Counted from the first letter of the whole stretch, positions 12,793-26,345 are shown. The stretch: DNA of 63,956 nt, filler included, from Reticulomyxa filosa (GCA_000512085.1; 23 parts of 23 records of this genome joined end to end with filler, not necessarily neighbours in it); one strand, 5' to 3'. Notes: generated by a model not told the origin, from the letters alone. Numbers and translations: made by a program.

Positions 12793-14272
12793 ATGACACA
12801 ATCTCAAACAGATCATTTTCTTTCATTGTTCCAACAAAATCTAGCAGAGATGAAAGGGAATATGGAGTCATCACATTGGAAAACGGTTTGGAATGTGTAC
12901 TGATTTCAGACCCAAAAACTGACAAGGCAGCGGCAGGTAAGGTACAGTTTGAGGAGGAAAGGGGGGGAGGGGGGGGGGAGAAAACTCAAACTGTTTGAGG
13001 AGGATCAATGACAAATAAAAATGGACAGCATTGAGTGTACTTGTTGGGCATTACGCAGATCCGGAAGAAATTCCAGGGCTGGCACACTTCTTGGAACATG
13101 TGCGTAAACGTAACACATCAATAAACACGTTAGCTACTATGAAGTGACACGTAGTTTGTAATTAAAAAAAAAAAAAAAACTAATAATAATAAAAAAAAAA
13201 AATGAAAAGATGCTGTTTTTAGGAACAGAAAAGTATCCAATTGAGGGTGAGTACAGCCGTTTTTTAAAAAGCCATGGTGGTAGCTGTAACGCGTCAACAG
13301 GGATGCAAGAGACGCGTTATCAATTTGACGTACACAAAGACCATTTAGTGGGTGCATTAGACCGATTTGCACAATTTTTCATTTCACCACTTTTTACAGA
13401 ATCGGCAACGTCACGTGAAATGAATGCCATCCACAACGAATATGCAAACAATTTGCATAGCGACTCACATAGAATGTACCAAATGACCAAGTACTTAGCC
13501 CGCTCCGATCACCCTTTTCACAAATTTGGTACTGGCAATATCCACACATTACGCGATAATCTCGCCAAAGATATCGATCTTCGCAAAGAGTTGCTTAACT
13601 TTTACAAAGAGTATTACTCAGGTAATAAATAAATACGTATACACATAACTATTTTATTTATAGAATATGTATGTATATATATATATATATATATGTATAT
13701 GTATTTGTAGCGTCGATAATGAAACTAGCAATTCTTGGACAAGAAAAATTGGAAGAGTTGGCACAATATGCAAAAGAAAAGTTTTCGGAAATTAAAAACA
13801 CTGACCGAACAGCCCCCACGTATAGCAATGACGTGTTTGATTTTAGTGCCTTTCCTGCTTTGTACAAAATTGTGCCGATCAAAGAAAAGCGTGACTTGTT
13901 GATAAGCTGGCCGATGGAATCCTGTCAGTCTTATTTCATGGAAAGACCACACGCTTTGCTTTCCTTTTGCTTGGGTCATGAAGGGCCAGGGTAAGTTACA
14001 TACGTACGTAATGCATATATATATGTAAAAATGGAAAAAAGCAATTCCAAACTCTGAAAATCATTTGCCTCCGTTTCATAGGTCCATTTTAGCATTGCTG
14101 AAAAAGTTGGGATATGCCACACATCTGTCAGCTGGTTTGGAGCATAACACTCCTCAATTTGCAATGGTGTGTATTGGAACAAAGTCAAATGCTTTGTTTG
14201 TTATATCTTGTTATTTTGTTAAAATATAATGCTTTGTGAGGTTTGTTTATGTATGCATATATATATATATAT
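12793..14272 (+). CDS. IDE: Insulysin / insulin-degrading enzyme (peptidase M16A), 3' partial
   Basis: LENGLECVLISDPKTDKAAA, inverted zinc motif GLAHFLEHMLFLGTEKYP, ALDRFAQFFISPLF, HPFHKFGTGN and LGHEGPG. Exons 12793-12936, 13029-13099, 13210-13621 and further exons. Indel near 12820. Confidence 0.93.
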
Positions 14273-14689
14273 NNNNNNNNNNNNNNNNNNNNNNNNNNNN
14301 NNNNNNNNNNNNNNNNTTAATTAATTAANNNNNNNNNNNNNNNNNNNNNNNNNNNNNNNNNNNNNNNNNNNNTTATATAATATCTTGCCAACAAGTAGAA
14401 CAACGTTCAAAAGCACCCCCCCACGTCAAACTTGTTACTTCCGAAAAAAGGTGACAATAGATCACTATCTGAAGAGTATTTCGAACTTTTTTGCCAGAAT
14501 TTGAAGGAAAGACTTGTATTTTGTAATTGAACAGGAAAAATTTTAACAAAATATTTTTTTTTTTTTGGAAAAGTGAACTTCAGCAAAAGACCAAGATTTG
14601 TCCCACGCTTGGCAAAAAGAGCAATACAAAATCTACATATTAGTCTTTTATTTATATAAAAAAATAAAAAAAATTCATCATTTCATTTT

Positions 14690-16025
14690 GGTGGAATTTT
14701 TTTTAATTGAGAAATAGAGAAGAAAATATCGTAGGACGTAGTATCTTGACTCTCAACACAATACCATTCCCCTCCATTACTTTTTTGAATACGAATTTCG
14801 GATTTCATGTAACATTTGGTTCAGTGAATATCCCTCCTTGCACATTTCCACGATGACTTCTTTGGTGCATTTGCTGAATAACAGAGAATCATTGACAATA
14901 TGTCCTTTGGTGGTGGACCAAATTGTGAAAAAGCCATAGTCATTGTGTCCGTGATACAACCGTTGCTTGGTATCTTCTGGTCTCCCTCGCATTCCAATGA
15001 TGTGAGACTTTGGCATCTTTTTACCTCGACAAGCGTTAATGATGAATATTTTGGGAATATCTTTTAATGATGACATTTCTTCACAATTAAAATCAGAACG
15101 AATTTTATCGATAGAAAGTGAATCTCCTTCACTTGTCGCCAGAACGTCTCCGTCATCACCATGACCACTAAGGATAAAGATTAGTCCATCATAGCCATTT
15201 GCATTTCTTCGGAGCTTGGACTTATAAATGACTTTATCCAAAAACTCTTGCGCATCAACTTTGGTCATTTTTAGTTTGTCTTTGCACACAAACTCATACT
15301 TTAATGTTGTTTCAAACAATTCCCTAAAATTGGCTAAATCGTCTTTTACATTTTCAAGACTATCATATTCACTCTTTTCCTCATATTCACCAATTGCAAT
15401 CATTACCACAAGTGCATTTTGTATTATTTTTATTTACCTTGCACATGATTTCTCCAAATCAATTTAAGTGATGGCTCCATTTGTTGGAAAACTTTGTAAA
15501 CGTCTTCATTGGATTTGATCACTCCAAAATTCATATCAACCACATCCATTTTCATTTTTAACATGTTTTCACATTCTTCGTCGTTTAAACATTGAACAAC
15601 TTGGCTAAGCAGCTCTTTCAAGCTCAAATTGTGTAAGCAGATTGATTCTTTTCTGTCATTAATTGTTAAATATGCTGTCCATATTATATTTTGCTCATTA
15701 CAATCATTTGCAACAATTCTAAAAGAAGGAACTGTTCTCAGTTGATGAGCCCCTTCAATTACTGCCAAATTAGGTCTTACAGGGATTTTCAATACAAATG
15801 AAGATTCATAATGTTGTTTCAGTTTGAATTGTAAGTAATGAGATTTACCAAATTCTCCGATTAAACACATATATTTTAATTCCTCACTTAACACCCTTTG
15901 ATTTTTTGATAACATTGCATCTACTTGTTCAATAATTGGATCAATTCTTAAATCAAATAATTTCATCCATAGTCGGCAAGACAGTTCCAAATAATCGCGA
16001 TCATAATTATGTCTTTCCTCCTCCC
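14690..16025 (-). CDS. HSP70-like (HSPA12-type) C-terminal segment fused to a caspase-like C14 peptidase domain; 5' partial
   Basis: MCLIGEFGKSHYLQ...IPVRPNLAVIEGA matches the HSPA12-type adenosine/connect motifs. Catalytic dyad ILSGHG and KIFIINACRG. A 1-nt indel near 15430 joins ORFs 15430-15990 and 14777-15409, and a second near 14790 extends the protein to GGEWYCVESQDTTSYDIFF. The 3' end is approximate. Confidence 0.8.
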
Positions 16026-16125
16026 NNNNNNNNNNNNNNNNNNNNNNNNNNNNNNNNNNNNNNNNNNNNTTAATTAATTAANNNNNNNNNNNNNNNNNNN
16101 NNNNNNNNNNNNNNNNNNNNNNNNN

Positions 16126-16545
16126 TGTAATTTTTGTTGGTTTGTTTGTTTGTTTTCCTATGTCACGTTTGAATGTGATGGAGGCGGAATATTCTCGGAA
16201 ATAAAGTAAAATAACATAAACACAAACTGAAAAAGGCTCTTTTGGATTTAGTAGATATGCTTCAAATAGGTGCACAGGCACCAACACAAAGTTTCCGTGC
16301 TGTTGGAAGTTCTGCTTTGTGGCTAGTCCAATCCCTTTGTTTTGACACAATTGGTAATGTGCTTGGAGTTGTTTTATCTCCCTTTGCATCCTTCGATTGC
16401 ATGCTTTCAATTGACTGTTTTCTATTATCACTGCTGGCAAATTATACTCCATATTTTTCATTTCCTCGCCTGATAATGTTTCGGATAATGATATATTTCT
16501 CATTGCTGTCGATTTGCTTTGCTACACGTTTTATTTTTTTTGTAC
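16126..16545 (-). CDS. Hypothetical protein fragment with a short coiled coil
   Basis: ORF 16078-16503 (ENSQLKACNRRMQREIKQLQ) flanked by intron-like AT-rich DNA. No family recognised. Confidence 0.35.
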
Positions 16546-17326
16546 CCGTAGGATGGGATTTATTTATTTATTTTTTATATCTACATATATTTATTCATTT
16601 ATTTATTTATATGCTTATGTATACGTCAGAAACTCTCTTTTTCAAGAACAAAACTCATACATTATTTGATAAGGGACTTCTCCCGGATGATCCACTCTTG
16701 GTCAAAGACATTTGCAACATTGTGCAAGAGTTATACTTTTGCGCCGAATATATATTTCGGTACTTATAATAAAATTGTTCACTTTCAAATACGGGGAAGG
16801 AGAGGCTAGATCATGTTCTATTCAAGATCATGTCTTTGTTTTTTTTAAAATTCGACCTTTGGGTTCTTCCTCTCGAACAGTGGGAGGCAACTCTTTCTGC
16901 TCTGTGCACGTGTTTTCTTAATAATAATAAAAAAGAAATTAGAATACAAGTGATATTCAATAAAGTACAGACACTTAATGCTGCTTGCTTAAATAAAGCA
17001 AGTTGTCAAACAAAGATCAAATTGTAATCTAAAAGTGCAATGCAATATTAAATGTTTGAAAAATGAGAGAAGGAAACTGTTACCATGCTTTCAAACAGAA
17101 AAACTTAAACAATAGAAAGAAGAGTTAATACGAATTGTTTGTCCAACTTGCAATCGCTGAAAAATTTAAAACAAATGGAATTTGTTGTTAGAAAAGTTCC
17201 TCATAATTGGTAAAATATCTAAACTACCAAGAAAACGATAACATTCCTGCTTCACAAATTTTTGAAAAGTGAAACAAGTAGGTTCGACGGAGCAACTATT
17301 AAAAAAAAAAGGAAAAGAAAACAAAA

Positions 17327-18170
17327 TTATTTGACAACAGTGACCGGACAACGGCAATGTTCGGTGACATATTTGGAGACACTGCCTAATAACCATGACT
17401 TCAATCCAGAAAACCCACGACTTCCGACCACGCACTGATCTGCATTAATGGACGCTGCAACTTTGACAATGACATCACCGATTTGAGTTGCAGTTGTTCC
17501 TGACAAAGCTGGGATAAGTAATGATAAGACATGAATGCTTTTCTTTTCTTGTGTTTTTTCTTTCTTTGAATTTTCCAAATGTTCGTGATACATACTTTCT
17601 AACATTTGTTTGGCTTTTTCAAATCGATTTTTATTATGTTGGTGAACTTCTTCATCATCAACAGGCAATGGTACCACAGGTACATATTCACCGGTCTCCA
17701 TTATAGCCTTTTATTATTATTATTATTGTTGTCATTTAAATAAAATACATTTAATTTTTTTTTTTTAAAGGGTCTGTTAACATTTTTATAAAAAAAAATT
17801 AACGTCGCAAATATCATTTCCACTTAATTCTTCTTGCCACATTGAGAAAAGGACAACAATATCTCCATTTCGAACAATTTGATCATGCGACCATTGAATC
17901 ACCTTTGAGGAAATTGGACTGTTGTCCACGCTTATCAATATCACCCGATGGTCCTCTATTTTTCACAATTCAAAATATTTCATCTTGTCTTGTTCACTTA
18001 TTTTAAGGATTTGCTGTGTGTTGTCTTGTTTAACTTTCTTCACTTTTCTTGATCTTTTCGATATCTCCTAAGATCTGTTCGAGCAAATCCTTGCTTTTCA
18101 AATCGACAGCACTTTTGTCGCCTGTTTTCTCTTCATGGGGAATCACTTCATGTTTCAGAGGCTCTGACAT
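17327..18170 (-). CDS. Universal stress protein (UspA family)
   Basis: Three exons. N-terminal RVILISVDNS strand and C-terminal VVGSRGFSGLKSWLLGSVSKYVTEHCRCPVTVVK signature. Confidence 0.9.
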
Positions 18171-18418
18171 TGTTTTGCAGTATTTTCTGTTCTTTTTCTA
18201 GGGGTTTTTTTACAAACTTTTCCTGGAGCCGACATTAAACTACTTCGCGACTGTTTATGTGTAGTAGTAAATGGTTTTTTGGAAAAAAAGAGCAGCTACA
18301 TCTATTATAGGCCATTGAACGTGTGGCAACCGATTCTAAATACAATAGATACGCACTGTATTGTTTTTTGCAGTCGGAAAAACTCAAAAAAGATTTCCCA
18401 AGATTATCAGAATACGTG

Positions 18419-19858
18419 ATGACCCACGAAGGTTATTCTTGGTTATTTTGTTTTACTTTGTATTTCATTACAATTACATTGGGATTGCACACTAATAAAC
18501 TTGTCTTTGCTGAACTTGGGTAGAACAGAAGAAGCAAGCTTCTTAGTGTTGATATTGGATTGTAATCCATTGTTTTGGATAAAGCAACAACAGCAAAAAG
18601 AATCACAATTCTCAATAGATCAATATTTGAACAGTATTTGCATGTTTGTGAATGCATTCCTGACATTGCATCGTGGAAACAAATTAGCAATATTTGGAAT
18701 AACGCCAAGGCTATCCAAATTATTATACATATCGCCAGTGGCAGACATCACAGAAAGTGAAAACGCAGACGGCATGATTCAAGCTTCGGAATTCGAATTT
18801 GCGGAAATGAACGAATCTATTCGAAAACAAGTATCCAAATTGATAGAGCATTGTTACAAAGGCGACTCTCCCGCAAGTGGGATTACGTCAAAAAAAAAAA
18901 AAAGCAAAACAACACACACGCGCACATTCGCATACTCCCTTCCTTTCTCTCTCTCTGATGAATACGAACATATAAATATATGTATACGTAACCTCTCATC
19001 ATAATATACATATAGGTGGAGGTTCATTGTTGGCTGGTGCATTGTCTCATGGACTGTGTGGTTAGTACCTTTTTTATTTGTTTATGTGTCTCGTCTGTAC
19101 ATAACTCGAAAGAAAGAAAACCTTCGATCGAACAACAAAAAAAAACGTGTGAATAATACAAAAAGTGTTGAATCGAGTTACAATAAGGGATTTGACCCAA
19201 ATAATTCCTCGAATATTAGTAATGAATGTATCTCATGATATTTCATCCCAATACATCCCGATCATGAATTGCATCTTTTCTGCACAAAAAAGAGTTTTGT
19301 ATGTTTGAATGAAAATAAATAAATAAATTAATATTTGCTTTCATTGTTGGCTGCTATCTTTTGAAATAAAGATGTTTTATATTAACATTATACACATGCA
19401 TATGAATGTGCAAAAAAAAAAAGAATGTTGTAATAGACGCTTGCGTCTTATGTAAAGAGGAATCAACCTTTTTGGAACAAGCCACGTTGCTTTGTGACGG
19501 GATATACTCTCGACCTTTGATATTTGGTGGATTGTTGCAACATTTATTGATGACATACTTATCACCACCGTCGGTTCGTAAACACTTGGCTCTACCTTTG
19601 CAGAAAAAAATTGATTTGCGAGCATCTTGCTTTTGTCATCACACCATCTTGGACATGGGCTTTGTTTGTCCTGTTTGTCTCAGCAGTTCACAGTCTCCAA
19701 CATTATTTTATCTTATTTTTTTGTCTTGCTCCACATATAGTGTCACATGTGCAAATAACAACATATTTCAAAAAACAATAGTTTTTTGCGCATCCAGGCC
19801 CAGTTGCCGTACTTGTGGAACCCGATTTCCTCGACAACATACATTTACAAAAGAATAG
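18419..19858 (+). CDS. GTF2H3: TFIIH p34 subunit (Tfb4/GTF2H3)
   Basis: SFLVLILDCNPLFW, FVNAFLTLHRGNKLAI, IDAC...FLEQA...GIY and the C-terminal Zn finger DLRASCFCH...GFVCPVCLS..FC...C..CGT. Multi-exon. Confidence 0.92.
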
Positions 19859-22800
19859 AAATTGTTTGCATTTGAAATGTACTTTATGAACTATTTTAAT
19901 TGAGAACATTTCGCAATATAAAAAGTGCAAACGGATTGGGAACTTTCCTTTACCTTTAAAAAATAAAAGCATAATCTTGTTTTTCAAAAGACATTTTCGA
20001 ATATATATTCAATTGCAAGCTTCTAGCTCCAAAAAAGTCACAATCACTGTCGTTTTAACATATAATAAAGTTATTGGAAACCATTTTGCATTTACCATAT
20101 AGTTAATAAAATAAATAACTTCTTGATATGGCTCAGGTGCTGCGCTACTAGTACTCAAATTAGTAATTGCTATATCTGAGTCTGATTGTATAAAAAAATA
20201 AAATTATACATCGAGAAATATTATACATTTAATGCTTATTTATAATGTTAAGACTTGTAAAAAAAAAAGTAAGCTTGTGAGGTTTTAAGAATAGATTTCA
20301 AGAAGATTGATTTTAAACAGTAAATGTGTATGGCAATTAAAAAATAAACAATTTTTCAAAAACACGACAAAAAAAACTGAACAATATGGAACTAAGAGCA
20401 TTTTAGATTGTGTGATCTGTGTAAGGACATAGATAAGTATCCTTTTTGATTTCTGAACATCTATCTTATTTAGACAAATAGTTGATATCATTAAATATTG
20501 TCAATAGCAGTATTAAGTGCGGGCTACCAGAGGTGATGTCTCAACACAGCAGCAATTTTCACATCTACATCGTGACAACATATTAGTCCACAACAAAAAG
20601 GACAAACTCTAAACGTTTATCACATCATGTACATACTACAAATCGTCGAATTCACAAGAGTCAACTTCACTACAATGTACAAATCGTTATTTTTCTTTTT
20701 TTTGTTATAAGTTATTAATTATTATAAGATGTACAAATAAACAAATAAGTGTATATACATACTTTTTTAAATATAGCTATTTTTTAAAATTTACATAGAC
20801 AATTGACATTATGATATTTATATGTGATGCAATATAAAAAAAATTTAATATGTTCAATTAATCGAAAATGCAATCAAGTGACAACAGTACTATACTGCGT
20901 GATGACGACAGCGACAATACAATAGACATATATTTGATGTTTGGTGAGTATATGGCCAATGTTCGCATTGCCACAACAAATGAATTTAAACACTTTTTGA
21001 ACAAGTTTGTTTTTGTCTACTTGCTTTCTATAAGCGATGATTTATATTGTGTTTTTATACATACACATGCTATTATGGAAAAAAAAAAATATAATAATAG
21101 AAAAAAATGAAATATTATGAAAAAAAAGGTTAATAAAGAAAAAAAAAGAATATTTGATATTTTTTTTTATAGTTGACATAATGCTATAACATTATGTAGT
21201 AATCACAGTTAGAAATCTTTTTTGTGTGTTTGTCTAAAAAATAAACTATGAAAACATAATTTTGACATATAAACGAAACTGTCCAGTCTTTGATAGTATA
21301 TCGAGATCCAACGCAATATAAAACTCAAACTCAAACTATGCTTCGATATTCACTACAAGAAATCTGAAAATTCACAGTTTTTTATCATATGCGTTCGATT
21401 CAAATGTTGTCGCATTGTATTCAACTTTTTGGCTAGTGTCAGCATAAACTGTATGCACATAAATGTATTTAGATCCATTTACGAAAATATTGAAGGAACT
21501 GTTTTATCTTCATTTTTAATTTCTAATTTACTCAAAACACTTGTTGTCTTTTCTTTCTATCCAAACAATTCAAATTAATTTGTTTGTTTTTTTTATCTAA
21601 GGTAATACACTAGATCCACAAAGCAAGTTGATGATGAACCAAGTGATGGAACCACAAATGAAAATGAAGAAAACGTACGCAAAAATATTGGAGCAAATAC
21701 TGCATCATTGACTGATAACTGATAAATCAAAAATTGATTGTAACTTATTTTTACGGAGGCATATACACTCATATGATTGAATTTATTAATAATTAAAAAA
21801 AGGAACATGATCGCTCGCTGGAAACCTGAAGACTTTTGAAAGTATTGATTGTAGAGAACCTGGAGCGGAAAAGCACGTTTTAAGAAAGTAAGAATGCGTT
21901 TTTGAAACTTAGATTAAAACGAAACAACTTTGTATATTTGGAGTCATACTGACCCGTTGTGACGTAAGTAGTATCACTACATGATATTGAAACATTGATT
22001 CGAATATTGGTCAACAGAAACTGATGTCAACAGAACTGGAGATGCAATACTTTCTGAAGAAATTTTTGAGCAGAAATATTTAACAATCTCCGCACTGCAA
22101 CAAAATATTCAATTAAATAGTCTTTTGTTGTGAGATTTAATATGCTCCAAGATTTAAAACAGCTACAAATAACTCAAGAAAGTATTACATTTTCAGTATC
22201 TTTAGTATATATTTTTGATCAAAATGCGATTCAATACAATTCTAGGAAATGGTTTTTTGATCTCCAAGACAAACGACCAGAAATGTTACAGATTTTACGA
22301 AAAATTATCAATACGTGTACATTAACAAATTGTTTTGTGCAAAGAACAAGTTTGTAAGAGCTGTTGCTGCNNNNNNNNNNNNNNNNNNNNNNNNNNNNNN
22401 NNNNNNNNNNNNNNTTAATTAATTAANNNNNNNNNNNNNNNNNNNNNNNNNNNNNNNNNNNNNNNNNNNNCCCCCCTTTTTTTGAACGCTTAAAACGCAA
22501 TTACGTAATTGATGAGCAAGAAAGTAAAAAAAAATGGACACCATATCGTGTGGACATTGCTTAATAGTGTTTAATAGGACAATAATAATTCCAACTATGT
22601 TTGGTTGATATTGCCACAAGAAGAAAAACATCCAATGACTATAAAAATCATGTATTTTTAAATACCCTTGTATACGAAAATTAAAACAGATACTTTTAAG
22701 GGAATTGCATTTATCAAGTCTAGTTCTTTCTTTCTTTCATCAAAAACAATTACAAAAAATTTACTTCAAGCATAGGATCATCAAACAATAGAATCAGTTT

Positions 22801-23089
22801 ATTTTGAGTGTTTTAATTTTTGTTTTATCACTTCAGCCACTTTTCCAAGAAAATATTGCTTTTGAGCTTGTTAATTATTCACACAACTGCTTGCTCATTT
22901 GTGAGTAGTTTCTTTTTTGATGATAAATCAAAAGTTTGCTTTATTCATTTAATTACTTTTAGTTTATGCAATAATTTTTATTCGATAAAGCCATGAAATA
23001 TAAAAATTGTTATGACAAAACGTCAAACTAGTAAAAAGGCCATAATAGATATAATACAAATAAATATTCTTGTAACAATAATCAAGAAT

Positions 23090-23290
23090 AAACGAATTAT
23101 GACTCTGATTACTTGTTTTAACTTTTTTCCTTTCAAATGAAATGAATTAAGCAATTACAACCAATAGATCCCTTTATAGACAGTCACAATCATTCAATTA
23201 TCATTGGAAGAGATAATGATAATTATAAAGAAGTGCGTGCATTGATTGGTGAAATCAACAATCATTTGTTATTTATGATGTTGTTTTGTA
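23090..23290 (+). pseudogene. Kelch-like family fragment
   Basis: Encodes HSIIIGRDNDNYKEVRALIG..NNHLLF, matching 35700-35800. Flanks are broken. Confidence 0.7.
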
Positions 23291-23697
23291 AAAATGTGGC
23301 AACAATTTTCAATTCATCAAATACCTGTTTGTGGCTCTAAATTGAATGATTCAGTCTAAAAATGATTTGCAAACGATTGACTGGGATTTTAAAAAAAAAC
23401 TTTGTATTACTCAAATATATTTGTGAATTTGCATAATTTTCAGTACAATTTCATTATAAGCAAATTCTCAGTCATACTTATTTAAGGTCATTATAGTTCA
23501 TTTAAAACTGATTGCAGTCCAACTATGTACCACACCAATATTTTTTCACCGGAATTTCACTCTGTGCTTGCAATTCATTTGACTATCGTCCCAGACTGGT
23601 TTGGTTATGTCGAATTTTTAAACATCAATTTATTTTTTTTATAAACCCTTAGCTCTTCAGTCATCATTCATTATGTAATACAATGCTAAACATCATA

Positions 23698-23830
23698 TAG
23701 TAGGTCGCAAAGAAAACTGAACGCCTAAAACGATATCATATGATGATAATTGATTTTCTCAATGAAAAATAAACATTTAGACCTAATCTTTTTTTTATTT
23801 TAAAAAAATATATACAAATCTTGTAGTTTC
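23698..23830 (-). repeat. Dispersed repeat family A copy
   Basis: Its reverse complement aligns with 56941-57072. Confidence 0.7.
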
Positions 23831-24149
23831 TAAATATGAAATTGGTTTTTTAATACCTTTTTTTTGTTATTTGAAAGAATGGTGATTTCATCCAACAAAA
23901 AAAAANNNNNNNNNNNNNNNNNNNNNNNNNNNNNNNNNNNNNNNNNNNNTTAATTAATTAANNNNNNNNNNNNNNNNNNNNNNNNNNNNNNNNNNNNNNN
24001 NNNNNTAGTTTGATTACCCATGTTGTTGATGTTACTGAAGTTTTTTAAGAAGACAAACAAGAACTTTATCTTTCAAAATATAGTTTACCGTTATGTTAAA
24101 AAAATGTATTTTATGGCTTTTTATATAAGGAAACATCAGAATAACAGCA

Positions 24150-24860
24150 ATATGTTATTCTCCTATCTTACCCTTTCTTTTGCTTTTAACAATTTTTTAT
24201 ATTTTGGATATCTATGCACAATTTCCTGTTTAGTAAACTTGTATTTCTGTAATCAATTTGATGCTAACTGTTTTGCAAAAATCTCTAAGAGCAGGTATTT
24301 TATACTCGATATCTTTGCTGTGTTAATCAGGGGGCCCACGAGCAATCTTTTCGAAATCTTCATCATTTCTAATACAAAGATAGAGAGGATTATCAAGCCC
24401 AATTTCCTGCAAAGGGTCAGTCAAATTATCCAATTAAATTTACTTAGACAGCATAGCAGACATAGTTGATTCCCCAAATTTTATTCCTTGCACAAAGTCG
24501 AACATCTTGCACGCACTAAAGCTAACGACTTTTGAAATTTTGTACTCATTTCAATTGTCTTCAGTAGTTGCGATGTAACACTCTGACAACAGTCAGTAAT
24601 ATGTTTGCAGAACTGTTCACTCTGTGGCGGCATTGCTGCCGGTTTTCTTTTTTTTTTTTAAAGCAATAACACTTTTTAGTTTTAAAAGAATTGAAAAATT
24701 AAATACAAATTTTGATAGCATCGGTTAATGGTCTGTGCCAATTTATAGTTTGTTCCCATAGTACCATAGGCTTTGTACATCAACATTGCAGCATTTTCAA
24801 TTCCAGAAGCACAGTTTTTAATCGCGCTCATTTGCTTTTTTGCCTTAAAGCCAAAATCTA
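24150..24860 (-). pseudogene. Degraded multi-exon gene of unknown family
   Basis: Coding-like blocks (MSAIKNCASGIENAAMLMYKAYG..., PPQSEQFCKHITDCCQSV...) interrupted by stops and frameshifts. Confidence 0.3.
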
Positions 24861-25614
24861 AAAAAAAAAGAGGATGGAGAAAGAGGGGAAGGGAAAAAAG
24901 GGCTCAACAAAGAAGTTAGATCTCTGCGCAACATATTTTGATTAATAAATCATTTTGAATTCCAATATTCAAATACATTTTACCAGTCATATCAACAATT
25001 TTACCATATAAAGATTATTTAAAGACATAAAGATAATATCCAAAAAAATCATGTTTGCTTATATAATATATAATTTGATGAATTTCAAAGTAAAATAACA
25101 ATTGATGTTCATTTAGTATTAAGAAATATGAAAAGAAACAATTGAATTGTAATCTTTTGAACATTGAGTGCATTGAATTTATTAAAATTAGTCTTTTAGT
25201 ATAATTTCATTTTTTTTAAAAAATAATGTAAAATTGAAGTAATGTTTTTATTTCCAGAATCATAACCTTCCATTCATCAAATTTAAAACTTGTCATTTTT
25301 TTGATCAGTCAACAAATGAATATTACTATTATAAATTATAATTTGTGCGAAACATAAAAAAATAATTTATTCTCTTTCCAGTTGTCTCGATATACAAAAA
25401 AAGATATTTACAAATAATTGCTTTTTTCAATCCATTTGAGATATCAAGTAACTTATTCATAAATTCATAAATGAATTATTCTTCTTTTTCATTAGGAAAA
25501 AAAATAAATCAAACAACTCCAAATTTTAAAATAAATAATTTTAAAAATTGAAATTAAAACAAAATTTGATAACGTCTTTTCAGTTCAAAAAAATTTGAAA
25601 TTTAGACAAAAAAT

Positions 25615-25908
25615 TTATCCCCAAACACATATTCGACCATTTTTTGAACCATAATATAAATGAATACCACAATTATCTTTTGATTTATTTACTTTCTTTT
25701 TCAATGATACTAATTTAAGACACAATATTTCATCATCGTCATCATTTCTATCGATCATATATAATTCTCCCTTATTTGATCGAATATCCCAAAAACGAAT
25801 TGTATTATCACTTGATCCAGAACATATCACATTTGAATTACCAATACTATTCTTTATTACAAATGGTGAATATTCAACAGCATATACAGTATTTGTATAT
25901 CCATTGAA
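25615..25908 (-). CDS. WD40-repeat protein, C-terminal fragment
   Basis: VEYSPF...ICSGSSDNTIRFWDIR...YGSKNGRICVWG*. Truncated by the contig edge. Confidence 0.88.
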   Translation of the reverse strand, partial: FNGYTNTVYAVEYSPFVIKNSIGNSNVICSGSSDNTIRFWDIRSNKGELYMIDRNDDDDEILCLKLVSLKKKVNKSKDNCGIHLYYGSKNGRICVWG

Positions 25909-26008
25909 NNNNNNNNNNNNNNNNNNNNNNNNNNNNNNNNNNNNNNNNNNNNTTAATTAATTAANNNNNNNNNNNNNNNNNNNNNNNNNNNNNNNNNNNN
26001 NNNNNNNN

Positions 26009-26345
26009 AATTCTCGGGTTGTGCAGACAATGGTGACACCACGAGCTCGTTCCTCTTTTGATCGATCCAAATAGAAGGCAAACAAAAACGAATCTTTGCC
26101 TAATTCTTGGGCTTCTTTCTTCAATTTTTCCAATTCTCTGTCACTCATACCTCCCAGTTCGAATAACAAACGACCAGTAGTCGTGGATTTGCCTGCATCG
26201 ACGTGTCCTGTTTAAAGAAAATTACCACACATTTTCTTTTTTTTTTTTGCGAATTTTTTTCTTTTTTTTAAAACAAAAAGAAAAACCACTTACCGACGAT
26301 GACAATTCCCAAATGTTTCTTTCCTTGTTTAGGATCAGCTGCCAT
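26009..26345 (-). CDS. EFL: Elongation factor-like GTPase (EFL), N-terminal part
   Basis: Exons 26345-26294 and 26207-26009. [33 protein letters not shown] and RGVTIVCTT are EFL-type, unlike canonical eEF1A (GHLIYKCGG, KYAWVLD, GITIDI). Confidence 0.88.
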
